DNA of 64,000 nucleotides from Camelus ferus (taxonomy: Eukaryota), in contig NC_045697.1 in NCBI RefSeq assembly GCF_009834535.1, positions 3,474,001-3,538,000 of the forward strand, written 5' to 3'. The notes under the pieces were generated by a model. It was not told the DNA's origin, ran no database searches, and worked only from the letters and a program-made list of their open reading frames with translations. Of the stretch, positions 1-13,155 are shown piece by piece (position 1 is the stretch's first letter; every line of letters begins with the position of its first letter). Both the position numbers and the translations under genes were made by a program.

Positions 1-787
1 GGTGACCTCCTGCCCACGTCCCCCAGCATCTGCTTCACCCCTGATCATCGTGGCCTAACCATCCTCCCCACTCCTCTGACCCCCAGCCAAGGTAGTATCG
101 AACTCTACTACATGGCAAAGGTGGGTGGTGTCTCCTATCCAACAAAAAGCAAATCAGACTTGGCCCCTGAGAATTTCAGACGATATGTGCCCACCAAGCC
201 GACCAATTTCTGAGACCAACACACAAAGAAAGGGAGCCGACTTGGACTGCCAGGTGGGGATGGTAGCACCCGCCCGCCATGGTGTGACCAGCCCCGGCCA
301 TGGGACTGTGACGCTGTGAACGGGGCGCCCCTCGCCGGCACACACCACCACACACTCTGCAATCCTACTTTGGCAAATTCTCGATGGACGACCTCCAGCA
401 AGGCTTCCTGACAACAGCAGCGTTTGGATCTCATCGAGGAGCAGAAGGCCAGGTGGCCTCAATGCCTGCCCCTCGCCTCCAGGCCTGGGGCTTGGCACAG
501 TCTTGCTCAATAACAGCTGAATGTCAGGAAGAAACTGGGCTTCTGGCGGAGGCGCCAGCACTGGGAGACAGTGCCCGTGGAACCAAGCATCTCGGCTTCC
601 CCCATGGGCTCATGTGCGGGTCCTAACCAGGCAGGCCCGGTGACAGTAAGAGACTGCCCTCACGAGAATGCTGCCCCCTGACTCTGCATCTCCCAGTCTC
701 ACCAGATCCTTCTTGTGCGGTGTGAGAAGAGTCAGTCACTGCATGGTTTGCACACTGTGGGACCACCGTCCAAGCCAGAAGCGAGCT

Positions 788-840
788 GAGTGTGTGCGTG
801 CGTGTGTGTGTATGAGTGTGTGAGAGAGAGTGTGTGTGCG
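788..840. repeat. Compound (TG)n/(AG)n microsatellite
   Basis: Directly visible. Confidence 0.85.
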
Positions 841-3800
841 TTCAGGACCATTTTGTGAACAGATTTCATCTTAGTTTCCAGCCTCATCTCACCAGGATCC
901 CTAAATTATGACCCCTAGGCTTCTGCCTACCAACTTGCTAGAAGGTTCCAGGGAATCCTGCCTCTGAACTTCTGTACCTGCTACTGCCCCTTCCTGGAGC
1001 TGTCACTCTCCAGCCCTACTTGACCCCCATCTTCGGAGCCATCCGAGGCCCTTCCCCACAGGTACCTCCTGACCATCCATCCCCTGATGGACATCACCCT
1101 TCTGGTATCTGAGTCACCCACTGGCCTCTGGACTCCTTGGGGACACATACCTTGCACCTCAGTACACCCAGCATGTAGCAGACCCTCCACCCAACCCGTC
1201 ACACTCAGTTCAGTAAACACACATCTGTTGATGTTGTATTGACAGGCTATTTGTTCTGGCAACAGTTTTTAATGTTTACTCATTAGATTTGCACTCCTAA
1301 CATCACTCCTTCCTTAGATGCTTTAATATAAAACAATAAGCAATCAGTGCCCAGAACAAAGGCCGGCTGCCCTGGCGAGCCTGACGGTGCTAGTCTAACA
1401 AAGCCGCACCCGCCAGCGGCTCAGACCATCGCTGGCAAAGGAATCGATGAAACGGAGTATCAAACTGACAATTATGTCTCAGGGATTAAGATTTTTTTCC
1501 CCATTAACACTTAGGCCCCAGTCAACTCGTGCTTTCCTCCACAATCTGAGTTGATGAAATTTTGTTCGGTTACTCCTGTCCCACCTCCCGTCGGATCAGT
1601 TCCAGAGCATGGGAGCCTTCCAGAGGGATGCTAATGACACAGGTGACGAGGCCCCACCCGCCCCGGTGCAGGGAGCCCTTTCCTGCTGCAGTCGGCGGGA
1701 GGTGTGGCTGGGGCCGATCGCCGCCTCTCCACACGGGCCCCGGCTTATGAGTCTGTGCTCCCAGGCCCTTCTGAGAAGAGCACATACACGAAAGAAATGT
1801 GGGGAGGGGGTGAGGGTTGGGGGGCTCTCTGTCCACCCCCTGCCCCTTCACAGGCCCCTCCTGAAGGGCAGCGACCAAGCACTTGGGTTTGGCACCAACG
1901 TGCAACGTCCTTCATTACCTGACTCCACCCTTGTCATCTGTCCCCCAGTGCCTGCCCCCTGACCCCGCTGTGGATCCCCTCATCCCCCTGATGTGGGAAG
2001 CCCACCCAGTTCGGCCCCCCTTTCCTCCACCCTTTCCCACCCAGCAAGTCCCACTTGGCCACTGCTTCTCCCAACGCCTCCCCTGAACCTTCCCCAACCA
2101 GAAGATGGGGGAGGCCTCTCTGTGCAGCCAGCCCCTGGCCCTTCCTCGGTCCCAGCACATCCCTGGGCCTGTCTGTCCACTGTAGGCTGATGAGTCTCTG
2201 GGACCCCTACCTCGAGACGCCCTCCCAGGAAGCACTGGCACAAAGCAGGCCACAGGAATGTGCCCCGGGCTACCTGCTGGTGTCACAGCAACCCAGGAGG
2301 GGGACACTCATCCTTGCTCTGTAGACGAGGAGGTGTAATCTCAGAGATGCCAGGATCCGGGGTCTAGTGAACAGGGAAGTCAAGCTGGACGCCCTCGCCT
2401 TCCTCTAGACCTCAGGTCCCTACTCCTTAAGCCTCCAGTCCTGTAAGAGTGAGGGGTGGGGCCAAGACTGCTTGGACTTTAACCTGCAAGCCTGGGTAAA
2501 GGCCTCCCGTTGGGGGTCATTCTGCCTGGGCACGTGGACTGTTGCATTTCACAAATGTCACCTGCAAAACAACACGTGTTTCCAGACCCAGAGGAAGGAG
2601 CCTTGTTGCAAACCTGGGCCAGTGGCATCAAGGACCCAGTTCATCCTCACGTGCCTGCCCCTGGAAACGGCCTTCTCCCAGGACCCACTCAGACCTCCCG
2701 TAGCTGCCCGGTCAGCCACTGTGTCAAAGTGGGGTGGGGGACCCAGTGAGCTTCTCCTGGGGGCACAGCTGCCCCCCTCCCCAGAACGAAGGTGACAGTG
2801 ATGTGGCCCAGATGCCTAGGACAGTCCTATCATTTACAAGGGCCACTTAGAACAAATTAGGGCCCGGGCTGCAGCCATGGGTCTGAAGGCTTCTCTTATA
2901 CTTCAGGAATGAGGGGGTTAATTGAAAAGATAATCACGGGGGAGCACAGAGGCTCTGTCCTGGAGAAGCGAGAAGGCACGGAACTGCTCCCTGGAATCTG
3001 CAGGGCGCTTCGTGAGATCTGAGATGGGTCAGGAGGCGCAGGTGCGAGAGTGGAGGAGGGAGGGACGGGGCCGCCGGGGAAGGCTGCTGGATGGGACACA
3101 GGGCAGAGATGCACACAGGACCAGAGCCACAGAAACACGTCCCCAGGCCTCCAGCCTCCGCCTCAGCCATTCCTTCGGCCTAGAACTCTCTCCCCTTCAA
3201 CCCTTCCAGGCTGGTCTCCTCCCTCACCGAATGGTTCCTCCTCGGAGGGGCCTCCCTGACTGGCTCATCTGAAACAGCATCTCCCACTCCCTCTGCCACT
3301 GTCCCTTTCCTCCCAGACTCATCACTCCGATGTCACGTATCCGCACGAAATTCTCCCCGGAGGCCAAGTGCTGCCCTGGGCCCTGAGGGTAGTGCAGTGA
3401 GGCCACCAGGTAAAGCACTGGCATTCCCTCTTCTACTGGTCTGTCTCCTGCCCAGGCACATGGGCTCCACAGGGCTGAGCGCTCTCAGGTGCTCAGTCCC
3501 AGCAGTGTCCCAGGTCCCTCCTCCTGACTCAGCGCCTGGCCTGTGTCCCCAGCTATCACTCCCAGACCATTACGACGACGCGTCCCCTCACCTGAAGCAG
3601 ACACCCTCAGCTCCAGCAGGGACACCGCGGACAACACACGCCCTGGTCCAGCCGGACGCCGCCGCCCCTCTGCTCCCGCCGCCCTCCGGTCTCAGGATGG
3701 CCCTAAGCGCCTCCTTCCCACCCAGGCTGCAAACTGCCCTCCTGCTAACCTGGGAAGACTCAGCTCCAATGCCACCCACCTGTGGCAACCTCTGAGACCA

Positions 3801-4336
3801 GCGCAGGCAGAACTACTTTGAAAGCTCAGCTGCCACTTAATCAGCACCTACGACAATCACCCCCTCTCTGAAGGGTCCGTCCCAGGGACGGCCCCTCACA
3901 ATGGCCCCAGTGCAGTCCGAGGCAGCGGTTCCATGTGCAGCTGAGGCGAGGGAGGCCCAGGGAGGTCGGGGCTCGTGTCCTGAGCCACACGGCCCAGAAT
4001 GCCAGCTGCTCTCCCGAAGGCAGTCTGCTCCCAGCCTCCCTGCCTGCCTCACCCCTACTTGGGCGCCTCCTGCCCTGCATCTCCCAGAAGACCCTGATCT
4101 CACCCCCGCTGCGCCTGTCGCTGGTGTCTGCCCTCTCCCAGCTGCGGCCGTCAGCCCCTGGAGAGACGCACCCTGGCTCAGTCTCCTTTCAAAGCCCAAC
4201 ACTGCCTGGTCCAGGGGCCAGGAAAGAGCGTGCCAATGAATGGGATGCCCCAAGGGGGCTTAAACGCAGGATGTCTCCTACTCACACGAGAACTCTTCTG
4301 TATTTTCTTCCCCTATAAGAAGGCTGGGTAGCAAAG

Positions 4337-4778
4337 TGGATGGATAAGAAAATGGGAAAATGGATGAATGGATGGATGGATGGATGGGAGGATGGATGAT
4401 GGGTAGGTGGATGGATGGAGGGAGAGATGGGAGGATGGATGGATGGATAGGAGGATAGATGGATGGATGGATGGATGGACGGGAGGATGGATGGACGGAT
4501 GGATGGGAGGATGGATGGATGGATGGATGGATAGATGGATGGGAGGATGGATAGATGGATGGGAGGATGGATGGACGGATGGATGCGAGTATGGATGGGT
4601 GGATGGTTGGATGGATGGATGGATGGATGGGAGGATGGATGGATGGATGGATGGGTGGATGGGAGGATGGATGGATGGATGGATGGAGGATGGATGGATG
4701 GATGGATGGGAGGATGGATGGATGGATAGATGGATGGGAGGATGGGAGGATGGATGGGTAGGTGGGTGGGCAGGTGGA
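4337..4778. repeat. (GGAT)n tetranucleotide array with GGGA, AGAT and GGAC variant units
   Basis: Directly visible, about 440 bp. Confidence 0.97.
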
Positions 4779-5164
4779 TTCATAGACGTGGTAACTCCCT
4801 GTGTGACCCTGAGTTGTTAGTTCCCTTAGCCAGTCAGAGCACCATATATTCATTTGGAGACAGGAGGTGATAAGGCTCAAGGAGGAGAAGGAGAAGCTGT
4901 CCCTTGGCCATGAACCTGCCTGGGGGAGACTGGACCCCCTAGTCCTGTGATGTCAGTTCACCTGCTGCCCTCCTTTGTGACCTCTGACCTCCTCTCTTTT
5001 TTCTTTTCAATGTGGCTAAACATGAGGGCCACTGTCTGACAATAGCCGCCTCCCTCTCTCTGATGACAAATTCTGGTTGTGCCACTAATCTCACCTCCCC
5101 GCCAGACGCCAGGTGGGAGATTGTTTTTAAACAGCCCTGCAATGCGAAAGAATGAAATTCCTTG

Positions 5165-5305
5165 CAGGGCTCACAGCCTTGGCTGCAGACTGGAATCACC
5201 TGGGGAGCTTTCTAAACAGATACAGGGGCCCCACTGCAATCCAGTTCAATCAGAATCTCTAGGGGTGGGATCCAGGCTCGTACTTTGTAAAGCACCCCAA
5301 GAGAC
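5165..5305. mobile_element. MER5-like hAT-Charlie remnant
   Basis: ggctgcagactggaatcacctggggagcttt...aatcagaatctctaggggtggg resembles the MER5 consensus. Confidence 0.65.
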
Positions 5306-5714
5306 TGGGGGCCATGGCTAGAGACGTGGAAGCCCTCTGCAGCTGGAAGAAAGCTACAGACCAGAGAGGCGTTTTGAGAGCAGAATCTGGATAAACAAGA
5401 CCCCTGCGGGGGTTCTGATCCACCCTCTCCTGCTCCCACTCCTCCAGGAAGCCTGGGGGAAGAGAAACGAACCCCACAGCTTACAGCCAGGGTCTGCACC
5501 AAGCCAACCGGGAGTTCTCAGAGTGTGACATTCTTGGGGAAGCAATCCTTGTCCACGAGGCTGTGATCTCTGTCTTCTATTCTCAGTTCCTCGCTGTGAC
5601 CTTTGTAATCATCACCACCACCACCACCGCCATCGACATCATTGCTGTCGAACAGCATTGCTGTGCTGTGTTCCTCACAGCTGCCCTCACAATGACGCGT
5701 CAAGATCCTGCAGT

Positions 5715-5832
5715 TTATTTCCTCTGTTTTCTAAATGAACACATTGGAGTTCAGAGAGGTTACACAACTTGCTCAAGGTCACACAGCCACCAGATGCGGA
5801 GGCGGGGATTTGGAGGCAGGTCTGCCTGACAT
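5715..5832 (-). mobile_element. MIR SINE
   Basis: cagagaggttacacaacttgctcaaggtcacacagc is the reverse MIR core. Confidence 0.8.
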
Positions 5833-6026
5833 CAGATCTGCTGCTCGTAATAGGAAGGGGAAGGGGTCAAGACCCAAACTCCTAAATGCCCGGGAACAGC
5901 CTTGCCTTTCAGTAATCAACCCCACTCCCCCCTCACAAGGCTGACAGCGAGAGTCTGTCAAGGCAGAAGAGACGATTAGAATCTGAAACAACCAACTGGG
6001 ACGAGGGAGTGCATTTCAACTGAGGA

Positions 6027-6065
6027 ATTCATTCATTCATTCATTCATTCATTCATTCAACAAAC
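6027..6065. repeat. (CATT)n, probably an L2 tail
   Basis: Visible repeat ending in caacaaac. Confidence 0.8.
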
Positions 6066-6594
6066 CTCCCCAAGTGCCCCTCCCCCCCCTGAACTGTGAG
6101 GCCTGCCTGGCTTTCACAAGGGCAGAGGGTAACTCCAGCCCTTCTTGCTTTTACATCAAGGCCACGCTCACAGCTGCATGGAGCCAGCCTCGCTGTCCCC
6201 CAGAGCCCACGGCCTTTTGCATGTGGCTGCCTGTAAACTGTTTCAATCCCCCTTGTCCTCATCCCAGCCACTCAGTATCCCAGGGACCAGCCCAGGGCTT
6301 GGAATACAGCAGGTGGTCCAGAACGATGTTAGGAGCCTGCTCTAAAAAGAGACAACGTAGCGTCCAAGGCCCCACCCACCCCACAGGCCGCATCTGGCCG
6401 TGCAAGGCCAGGGATACACCTCTAGGTGTGGGCTGTTGGAGCAGTTAACACCGTGACCGGACGTTTGGCTTTGTGTCCATTTGCATGGAAAACACCTGGA
6501 GGAAGGGCCCCCGGGGACAGTGGCGATCTTCCACCGGTGGGTGAGATCTGGGGCCATTTTGTTTCAGTTTCTAACAGGCTGACTGCCTGGCCCA

Positions 6595-6665
6595 GCACTC
6601 ACTTCTCTGAATCTCAGTCTCCTCACCTGCAAAATGGGAACAAGAGAGAACCCACCTCAGGGTGA
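6595..6665 (+). mobile_element. MIR core
   Basis: ctctgaatctcagtctcctcacctgcaaaatggga. Confidence 0.7.
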
Positions 6666-8139
6666 TGGTGCCTCGACTGCTTAGCCCAGCACTGCTGGTG
6701 AGTCATGCTTTCCACCTGAGTCGGTTTCTGTTTTCGTCTCCGAGATTACATATTAACCCTATTAAAAATGCGTAACTATTAGAAGGAGTGAAGCCTTCCT
6801 CTCTGGCACATGGGATGGAGGGGGTTTCTTCCTCTCCAACATCGCCTACATTTCCTACAGAGACTTTGTATTTTCATAAAAGAGGGAAAAAGCAAACTTT
6901 AAACAGTGAGGGCATGTGCAGAACAGCCCCCTGCTGACAGCAGATGGGCCACTGCAAACATCAAAGCCTGCAGCTCCTCCCACGGGCTCCGGCCCCCAGG
7001 TCCTGAGCGGGGAGCGGGGAGCGCTCCGCCTCCCTGCCCTCCCCTGCACCGACCCCACCTCCGCCCAGCTGCGGAATGCAGCCCGAATGAAACACATTTT
7101 ACATTGTAAAGAAACCTGCAAGGTTGTTGCTTTCAGAGAAAGCCTATTAGCAGTGCCAAGGAGAATCGAAACCTAGAATTAAATGTTCAGGCCCAGGGGA
7201 TGCTTCAGGGCTAAATGCAGGAGAACATTCCTGCTGAGCAGAAGGGCCTGGACACTGGGCCAGGAAGGACCCCCAGGACCAGGGACAAAACCACAGAGGG
7301 CTCCCTGGACCTCAGCCCAACATGAGTGGGATCTGAGGGAGGCCCGGGCGCTGTGGGGAGACGGCCAGAGCTGGGCGGCCTTTAGACCCAAGGTGCCGGC
7401 CGCAACCTCTCCCCTCACCAGGCACAGGCGTGGGCTCCCCGCCCCGCCCCGCACTGGGCGAGGCTCTATGCTTGATGGTGCTGAAATTCCAGAAGGTCTG
7501 GCTACCGGGGGAAATTGAGGGTGGGCTTTTGTTCTGTGCTTCCTTTTCCACTGATTTCGTTGGCAGTGGTCGAAGCACACTGTTTCTTGGGGCTCCCAGG
7601 ACTGTGAGTCATCCTGGGTGTGCTTCCTACCACCACTGGACACAAACACCATTAAATCATCCATCCTTGAGGCAACACATACCTCCCTAGACGACAAACC
7701 TGACCGTGGCCCTCCCCTGCTTAAAACACTGCCACGGCTCCTTTGCCATCGGGACGTGGCCTCGGCCAGTGGTTACCATGGCGCTCGAGGCCTCTCAAAA
7801 GCTGCTCTCTGTGTATTTCTTCCTCCACCCCATCCAACCTCCCCTGCACCCGCATGCTGCTCCCATCTCCCTGAGGAGCCCACAGTCCCTCGGGCACCCT
7901 GAGCTCAGGCTGCACCCTCTCCTATAGCACCCGCTCCCCCAACTCAGTGAATTTCTGTTCATCCCTCAATGTCCACCACAAAGCACCCCGCCTGGCCCAC
8001 TCCCACGGAGCCTCCTCAGACACCCCCCCGCCCCAGCCAGCAGCGGCTCAACCACAAGCATCTGGGCAGGCTTTGTGGGCCGGATCCCAGCACCATGACG
8101 TCATGTGACAGTGAAGCGATCTGGGTCCATTTCACTCCT

Positions 8140-8255
8140 CTCGACTGGAAAGTTCTGGACTGTAGGGATGTGTCCCGGTCACTGTGACACCTCCAGCTCT
8201 TAGCTTACTTCTGGCCAGAGTAGACACTCAACACGTGCTTGAGTGGATGAGTTAA
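8140..8255 (+). mobile_element. L2 3' end remnant
   Basis: gactggaaagttct...gtagacactcaacacgtgcttgagtggatga resembles the L2 terminus. Confidence 0.5.
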
Positions 8256-9239
8256 TTAACACTTGGTTCACTATTGTTTCCAAAAGCTAAGTAAGGAAAT
8301 AACATTCTGCCGTCGCTCATTCTGCATCCCGTGGCACCCCCGCGTGGGGGCCCGGGGCGGCCTGTTTAAAATCACAGCCCCCCACACATCCTGGTCTCGG
8401 CTGCTGGATCTGGGCTCCTGGTGTGTCAGCTGGGAAACCAGTTCCCCGCCAGTCTGCCGTGCATCAGTACACAGGCAGCACACGGCTCCCGCTGAACAAT
8501 AAATCGGGGCCATTTGTATGCACTGCGCTGTGCTCGAGCCGGAAACAGGGGCGGCGGCACCGTCTCCCCAAGTCTGCCCAGCGTTCCTCCCCACTATTTC
8601 CACATTCAGTAAGCACAAATCACGGATCCGATTTCCCCCGAAGCTAAACAACAAAGTGCTGTGCCAGATCCAGCGTCTACTGTTCCAACGGGATGTGGAG
8701 AGCAGCGAGACCTTTAGGAGTGGGTCCAGGTCTGTCCTCAGAGGTTCTTGAGCCGGCCCCCACCCAGGGAGATCAGATAAAACTCACACCTCCACTCCAG
8801 GAAGGAGACGTTCATTCAGCACCTACTATGTGCGGGTATCTCTTAAATCCCCTTCCAAAAATATGCGAGTGGAGCACCAGGGAAGCCAAGTGATGTCCCC
8901 CTCTCACCTCCCCAGAGTCGGACAGCTGGAATACGTCCCGGATTCAAAACTGGGCCTCTGACGTCAGAGCCCCATTAGCTTGTCACTAACAGGCTACATG
9001 GCAAATCCTATCACTGTGGGACTGAATTCCCCAGAGCCCCTGTGGGTCCCTCACTCAGAAGGGCTCCCAGCGTGGCACTCAGAGCTGGCCTTGGGGGCCC
9101 GCCTCTGCCCCTCACTCCCTGGATGTATGCTGTCAGTGATGTGGTTTCCACACCTGTGCAACAGGGTTAATCACAGCAGGCCAGCACTCTTAGTCCGACC
9201 CCTGCCCCTGAAGCCCGTCTTTAGAGCTCCGGGCCGCCC

Positions 9240-9320
9240 TTCTCCCCATTCTACAGATGAAACCACTGAGGCTCACAAATGTAAGTGATTGGCCCACAGC
9301 CCCGATCTGACTCCAAGTCT
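9240..9320 (-). mobile_element. MIR core
   Basis: ccccattctacagatgaaaccactgaggctca. Confidence 0.7.
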
Positions 9321-10126
9321 GCCCAGCCCACCTGCCCTCCAGAGTGCCTGGTGGGAGAGCCAATGCCAGCCCCTTCCCTTTCGTTCCTGTGGTTTCACGC
9401 TTTTAACTCAGAGTCCAGGGCCAGCAGAGGGGGAGCCGGTTCACACACTCTCCGGCGTCACCCGGGCATCATTTCCCTGATACTGGGGCTGAGGCTTTTC
9501 TTGAAGTTTCAGTTTTATTCCTCGGAGCTTTGGGCCCAGAGACAGCTGCCTGTCAGATTCGAGCTATGTCCAGCGCCCACAGGTCAGCCTGGGATCAGAG
9601 TGATGAGACCTCTGCTCTTGCCATCAAGGCTGGGGAGTCAGACGGGGCTTGTTCAGCAAGAAGCCACAGTGTGACTGGTACACACTGGAGGGAAATGCCG
9701 GACAGAAGGGGGAATTCGGCCCCCTGCTCAAGCACAGACCCCTTCACGAACACACGGGCTGCGGCCTGGGCGTTGCTCTTCCCCTCCTGGGAACCCAGAT
9801 GATCTTGGTGTCACTGCCTCTCAGAGCCCTTCCCAGGAAATCCATTTCCCCCCTATCTCCGTAAACGACCGTTAAAAATCCAGCCCCCTCTTCATGATCT
9901 CGCCCATCACCTCCAGGGAAGGGTGCGTGTGGCAATGTTCCAGAATGTTCTCACTGCCCTACTCGGTGCCATCGCCTGGGAAACGCGAACCAGAGTCCCT
10001 TGCCCTGTCTGCGTGCAAATAAGTTGAGGATGTAAACAGTCATTTATAAATTATGAAGGGGGGTTCTCTAACAACAGAAAAACAAACAAACCGATTTTTT
10101 AAATGGACAAAAGACTCGAATAACAA

Positions 10127-10345
10127 GATTTGCAAATATTAACTACTACATATAAAAATAGATAAAAAACAAATTTCTCCTGTAAAGCCCAGGAAACTAT
10201 ATTCAATATCTTATAATAACCTTTAATGAAAAAGAACATGAAAACAAATATATGTATGTATATGCATGACTGGAATGTTGTGCTGTGCACCACGAATTGA
10301 CACATTGTAACTGACTGTACTTCAGTTTAAAAAAAGAAGAAAAGA
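10127..10345 (+). mobile_element. Lineage-specific L1 3' tail (camelid-like), 5'-truncated
   Basis: aaatagataa...actatattcaatatc...gcatgactgg...gacacattgtaactgactgtacttca followed by an A-rich tail. Confidence 0.75.
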
Positions 10346-10901
10346 AAACAAGTGTTAGCGAGGATGTGGAGAAATGAGAACTCTCCTGCACTGTTGGTGG
10401 GAATGTAAAATGGTGAAGCCACTAGGAAAATATCACGGCGGGTCCTCAAAAAATTAAAGATGGAATTACTCTATGATCCAGCAATTCTACTTTTGATTAT
10501 ATACCCAAAACAATTGAAAGCAAGATCTCAAGGCGATACCTGTGCACCATGCTCATAGCAGCATTATCCACAACAGCTGAGACGTGGGAGAAGCCCGAGT
10601 GTCCATCAGTGGAGGGAGGGACAAGCAAAATGCGGCCCACTGCACACAGTGAGATACCAGCTCAGCCCTAAAAAGGAAGGAAATTCTGACACCTGCTACA
10701 ACAGGGATGAACCCTGAGGACACTGTGTTCAGTGAAATAAGCCAGTCACAAAAAGACAAGCGTGAATTCCATTCAGATGAGGTCCTGAGAGGAGTCAAAC
10801 GCACAGAGACGGAAAGTAGGATGGTGGGCGCCAGGGGCTGGGGAGCGGGAGTTAGTGTTTGATGGGGACAGAGTTACATTTTGGGAAGAAGAAAAGAGTT
10901 C

Positions 10902-11032
10902 CCCCATATTCAATATTTTGTCATAATCTTTAATGGAAAATATTATGAAAACAAACATACGTACATCCATGTGTGACTGGGACAATACGCTGCACACCAG
11001 AAATGACACACTGTAACTGACTTCAATTAAAC
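10902..11032 (+). mobile_element. Second L1 3' tail with a 10-bp TSD
   Basis: Same tail family. TSD aaaagagttc at 10892-10901 and 11033-11042. Confidence 0.8.
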
Positions 11033-13044
11033 AAAAGAGTTCTGGAGATGATGGTGGTGACAACTGCAACAATGTGAAAGGACTTAATGCCACTGAACTG
11101 GACCCCTAAAAATGGTCAATTTTAAGTTACAGGCATTTTTTTTAATTGGGAGATAAAAAGAACAGTGCTCAGCCACGGGCCAGGGACTTGTCACATTCTT
11201 TGTGCAGAAACAAAAAAAATAATGTTTCTACTGTCATGGAGCCCCAGGGAGTAGGGGACAGACTGAAGCCAGGCCAGCAGAGCCAGTGTGAGGGGCTTGC
11301 AGGAGGGGGCTCCCTGCGAGATGGCAGTGGGCATCCATCAGTAAGCTTCCAGAGAGAAAGGCCTGGGTTGTGACTGGAGGGGACTTGGGGAGGGCCAGGC
11401 TGTGGGCTGGAGAGACAGCCCAGCCGGGGCTTGGGGCCCGGGGTGGGATTGCCGGGCAGGTACAGGGTGAGGGCAGGCCCCAGGACCCCGCAGAGCAGTG
11501 CGGCTCACACGGTGAGGTGTCCGGACTCACCCCAGGCTCTCGTTCAAAGGCAGACTCCGAGGGGGCAGGCAGGTCTGGGGCGGGCTCTCGGAGAATATCT
11601 CGGGCAGCAGGAGTTGGGAGGGTTAAGCAGAGCTCAGAAGCGCTGCACCCAGAATGCCCTCCAGCTCCTGGCTCCAGCCCCAGAGGAGGCCAGCAGGCGT
11701 GGACCGGCCTGAGCAAAGACCTCCCATCACTGGGTTTGTTCCTCCACCAGCGGGGGGGCCAGGATGAGCCTCAAGTGTGTGAAAATAGAGAATTCCATTT
11801 CACGTCTTAGCTCACCCTTGAAATTTTCTATTTGGAGCGTGATTTTATCACATACATAAAACCCTTGCTCGTGAATTAGGGCACATCTCCGTAATGGACG
11901 TGCTACAGTTTTCCCAGTGATCACGTGGAGCCCGGGCCACTGTGCAGAGGAGGACTAGAGCGGCCAGACCCGCGGCTTGGAGCCCAGGAGGAAGCTCAGC
12001 CATTCAGGGGTGGTGGCTGAGGCTGGATCTGGGCCAAGACATTCGGGGTGCAGGGTTGGGCAGAACTGGCCCTCGTTCTCGGGGCTGCGGCAACTTAACA
12101 GCTTCCTTCACACTCAGACGCGAAGTAAGTCCCTTTCTAGTAGGGAAAACCAAAGGCAGTAATTATCTTATTAAGGACCAGGGAATGATGAATAATTTAA
12201 TTTGCAGAGGGAATCACACCACTGATTGAATCTCCACGTCCTCAGGCTTGGCGTTCCTTCTCTCCAGTTCCTTTCGACATTGCTGGCGGGGCCTCCCCGG
12301 AAGCTCCCGGCACATTCCGGCTCTGCCCCCGGGGGGAGGGTGGGCATTTCTGATGCTCCCCGTCCCCAGGCAGGAGGTGGCAAGAGGGGAGAGGAGGAGG
12401 ACCGGACAGCGGAGCCCAGGCGAGTTCACAGTCAGAACACAACATCCGCTGGGCCGGGATGGGGGTCGCGTCGGTTACTCTCAGACCTGAACATCCCGCC
12501 AAGTCAGCTGTCCTTTCCCACCAAATTCCCGCTCCCAAGAAACGAGTCTTGCCAAATCTCCACTCCACAGCCCTCTGCATGCAATTCCCACAAGCCTGCC
12601 ATTCCTCCCGCGGCCACGGAAATTCACGATGCGGCTCAGCTGCCGGACTGACGCAGGGGCCCTGGGTGCGGGGCGCGATGGGCTTGTTAGAGCCGGGGAA
12701 AGCGCCCTTGACATCGCAGGTAACTTATACGTCAAGCCCACCTCAGGCTGCTCCTCCAGCAGCCGGCAGCCCCGAAGCGGCACGCCGGCCCCCAGCTGTC
12801 TGGGCCTTGCAGCTGCACTGGCCACAGACTGGGCCTCAGTGCCCGGGGGGTCCCGGCAGAGCAGAATTCAACACAATACGTGGCCTGGGCTTCCTGGGCT
12901 GGGCCCTTCTCCATCTGGGGGCCTGAGATTAATCAGACCCCAGATCCCAGAGCCCTGGGGATGGCGTGTCACTCAGGTGAGCGGGAGGGAGGACATTCAC
13001 ACGACAGCACAGCAGGAGAGTAGAGGCCCTGGACCCGTGAGGGA

Positions 13045-13155
13045 GCCCCTCCCAGCCTCAGTCCCCCTTTCTGTAAAATGGGGCTCATAAGCACGTGTCC
13101 TGCTTACACAACGCCTGGCAGACACATGGGAGGTGTTTGTTAGATGAATAGATGA
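13045..13155 (+). mobile_element. MIR core plus L2-like tail
   Basis: gcctcagtcccctttctgtaaaatgggg, then cctggcagacac...gatgaatagatga. Confidence 0.55.

Larger units (their letters stand above)
10065..11145 (+). mobile_element. Old L1 (L1MB-like) 3' portion, interrupted by two younger L1 tails
   Basis: ORF2-end motifs (gaggatgtggagaaa, tatgatccagcaattc, gtgaaataagccagtcacaaaaagac) and an L1MB-type 3' UTR (gagttctggagatg...cttaatgccactgaactg). Confidence 0.85.

Noticed and set aside
4278..4880. ORFs rich in HPSI / MDGW
   Set aside because: These are translations of the (GGAT)n microsatellite.
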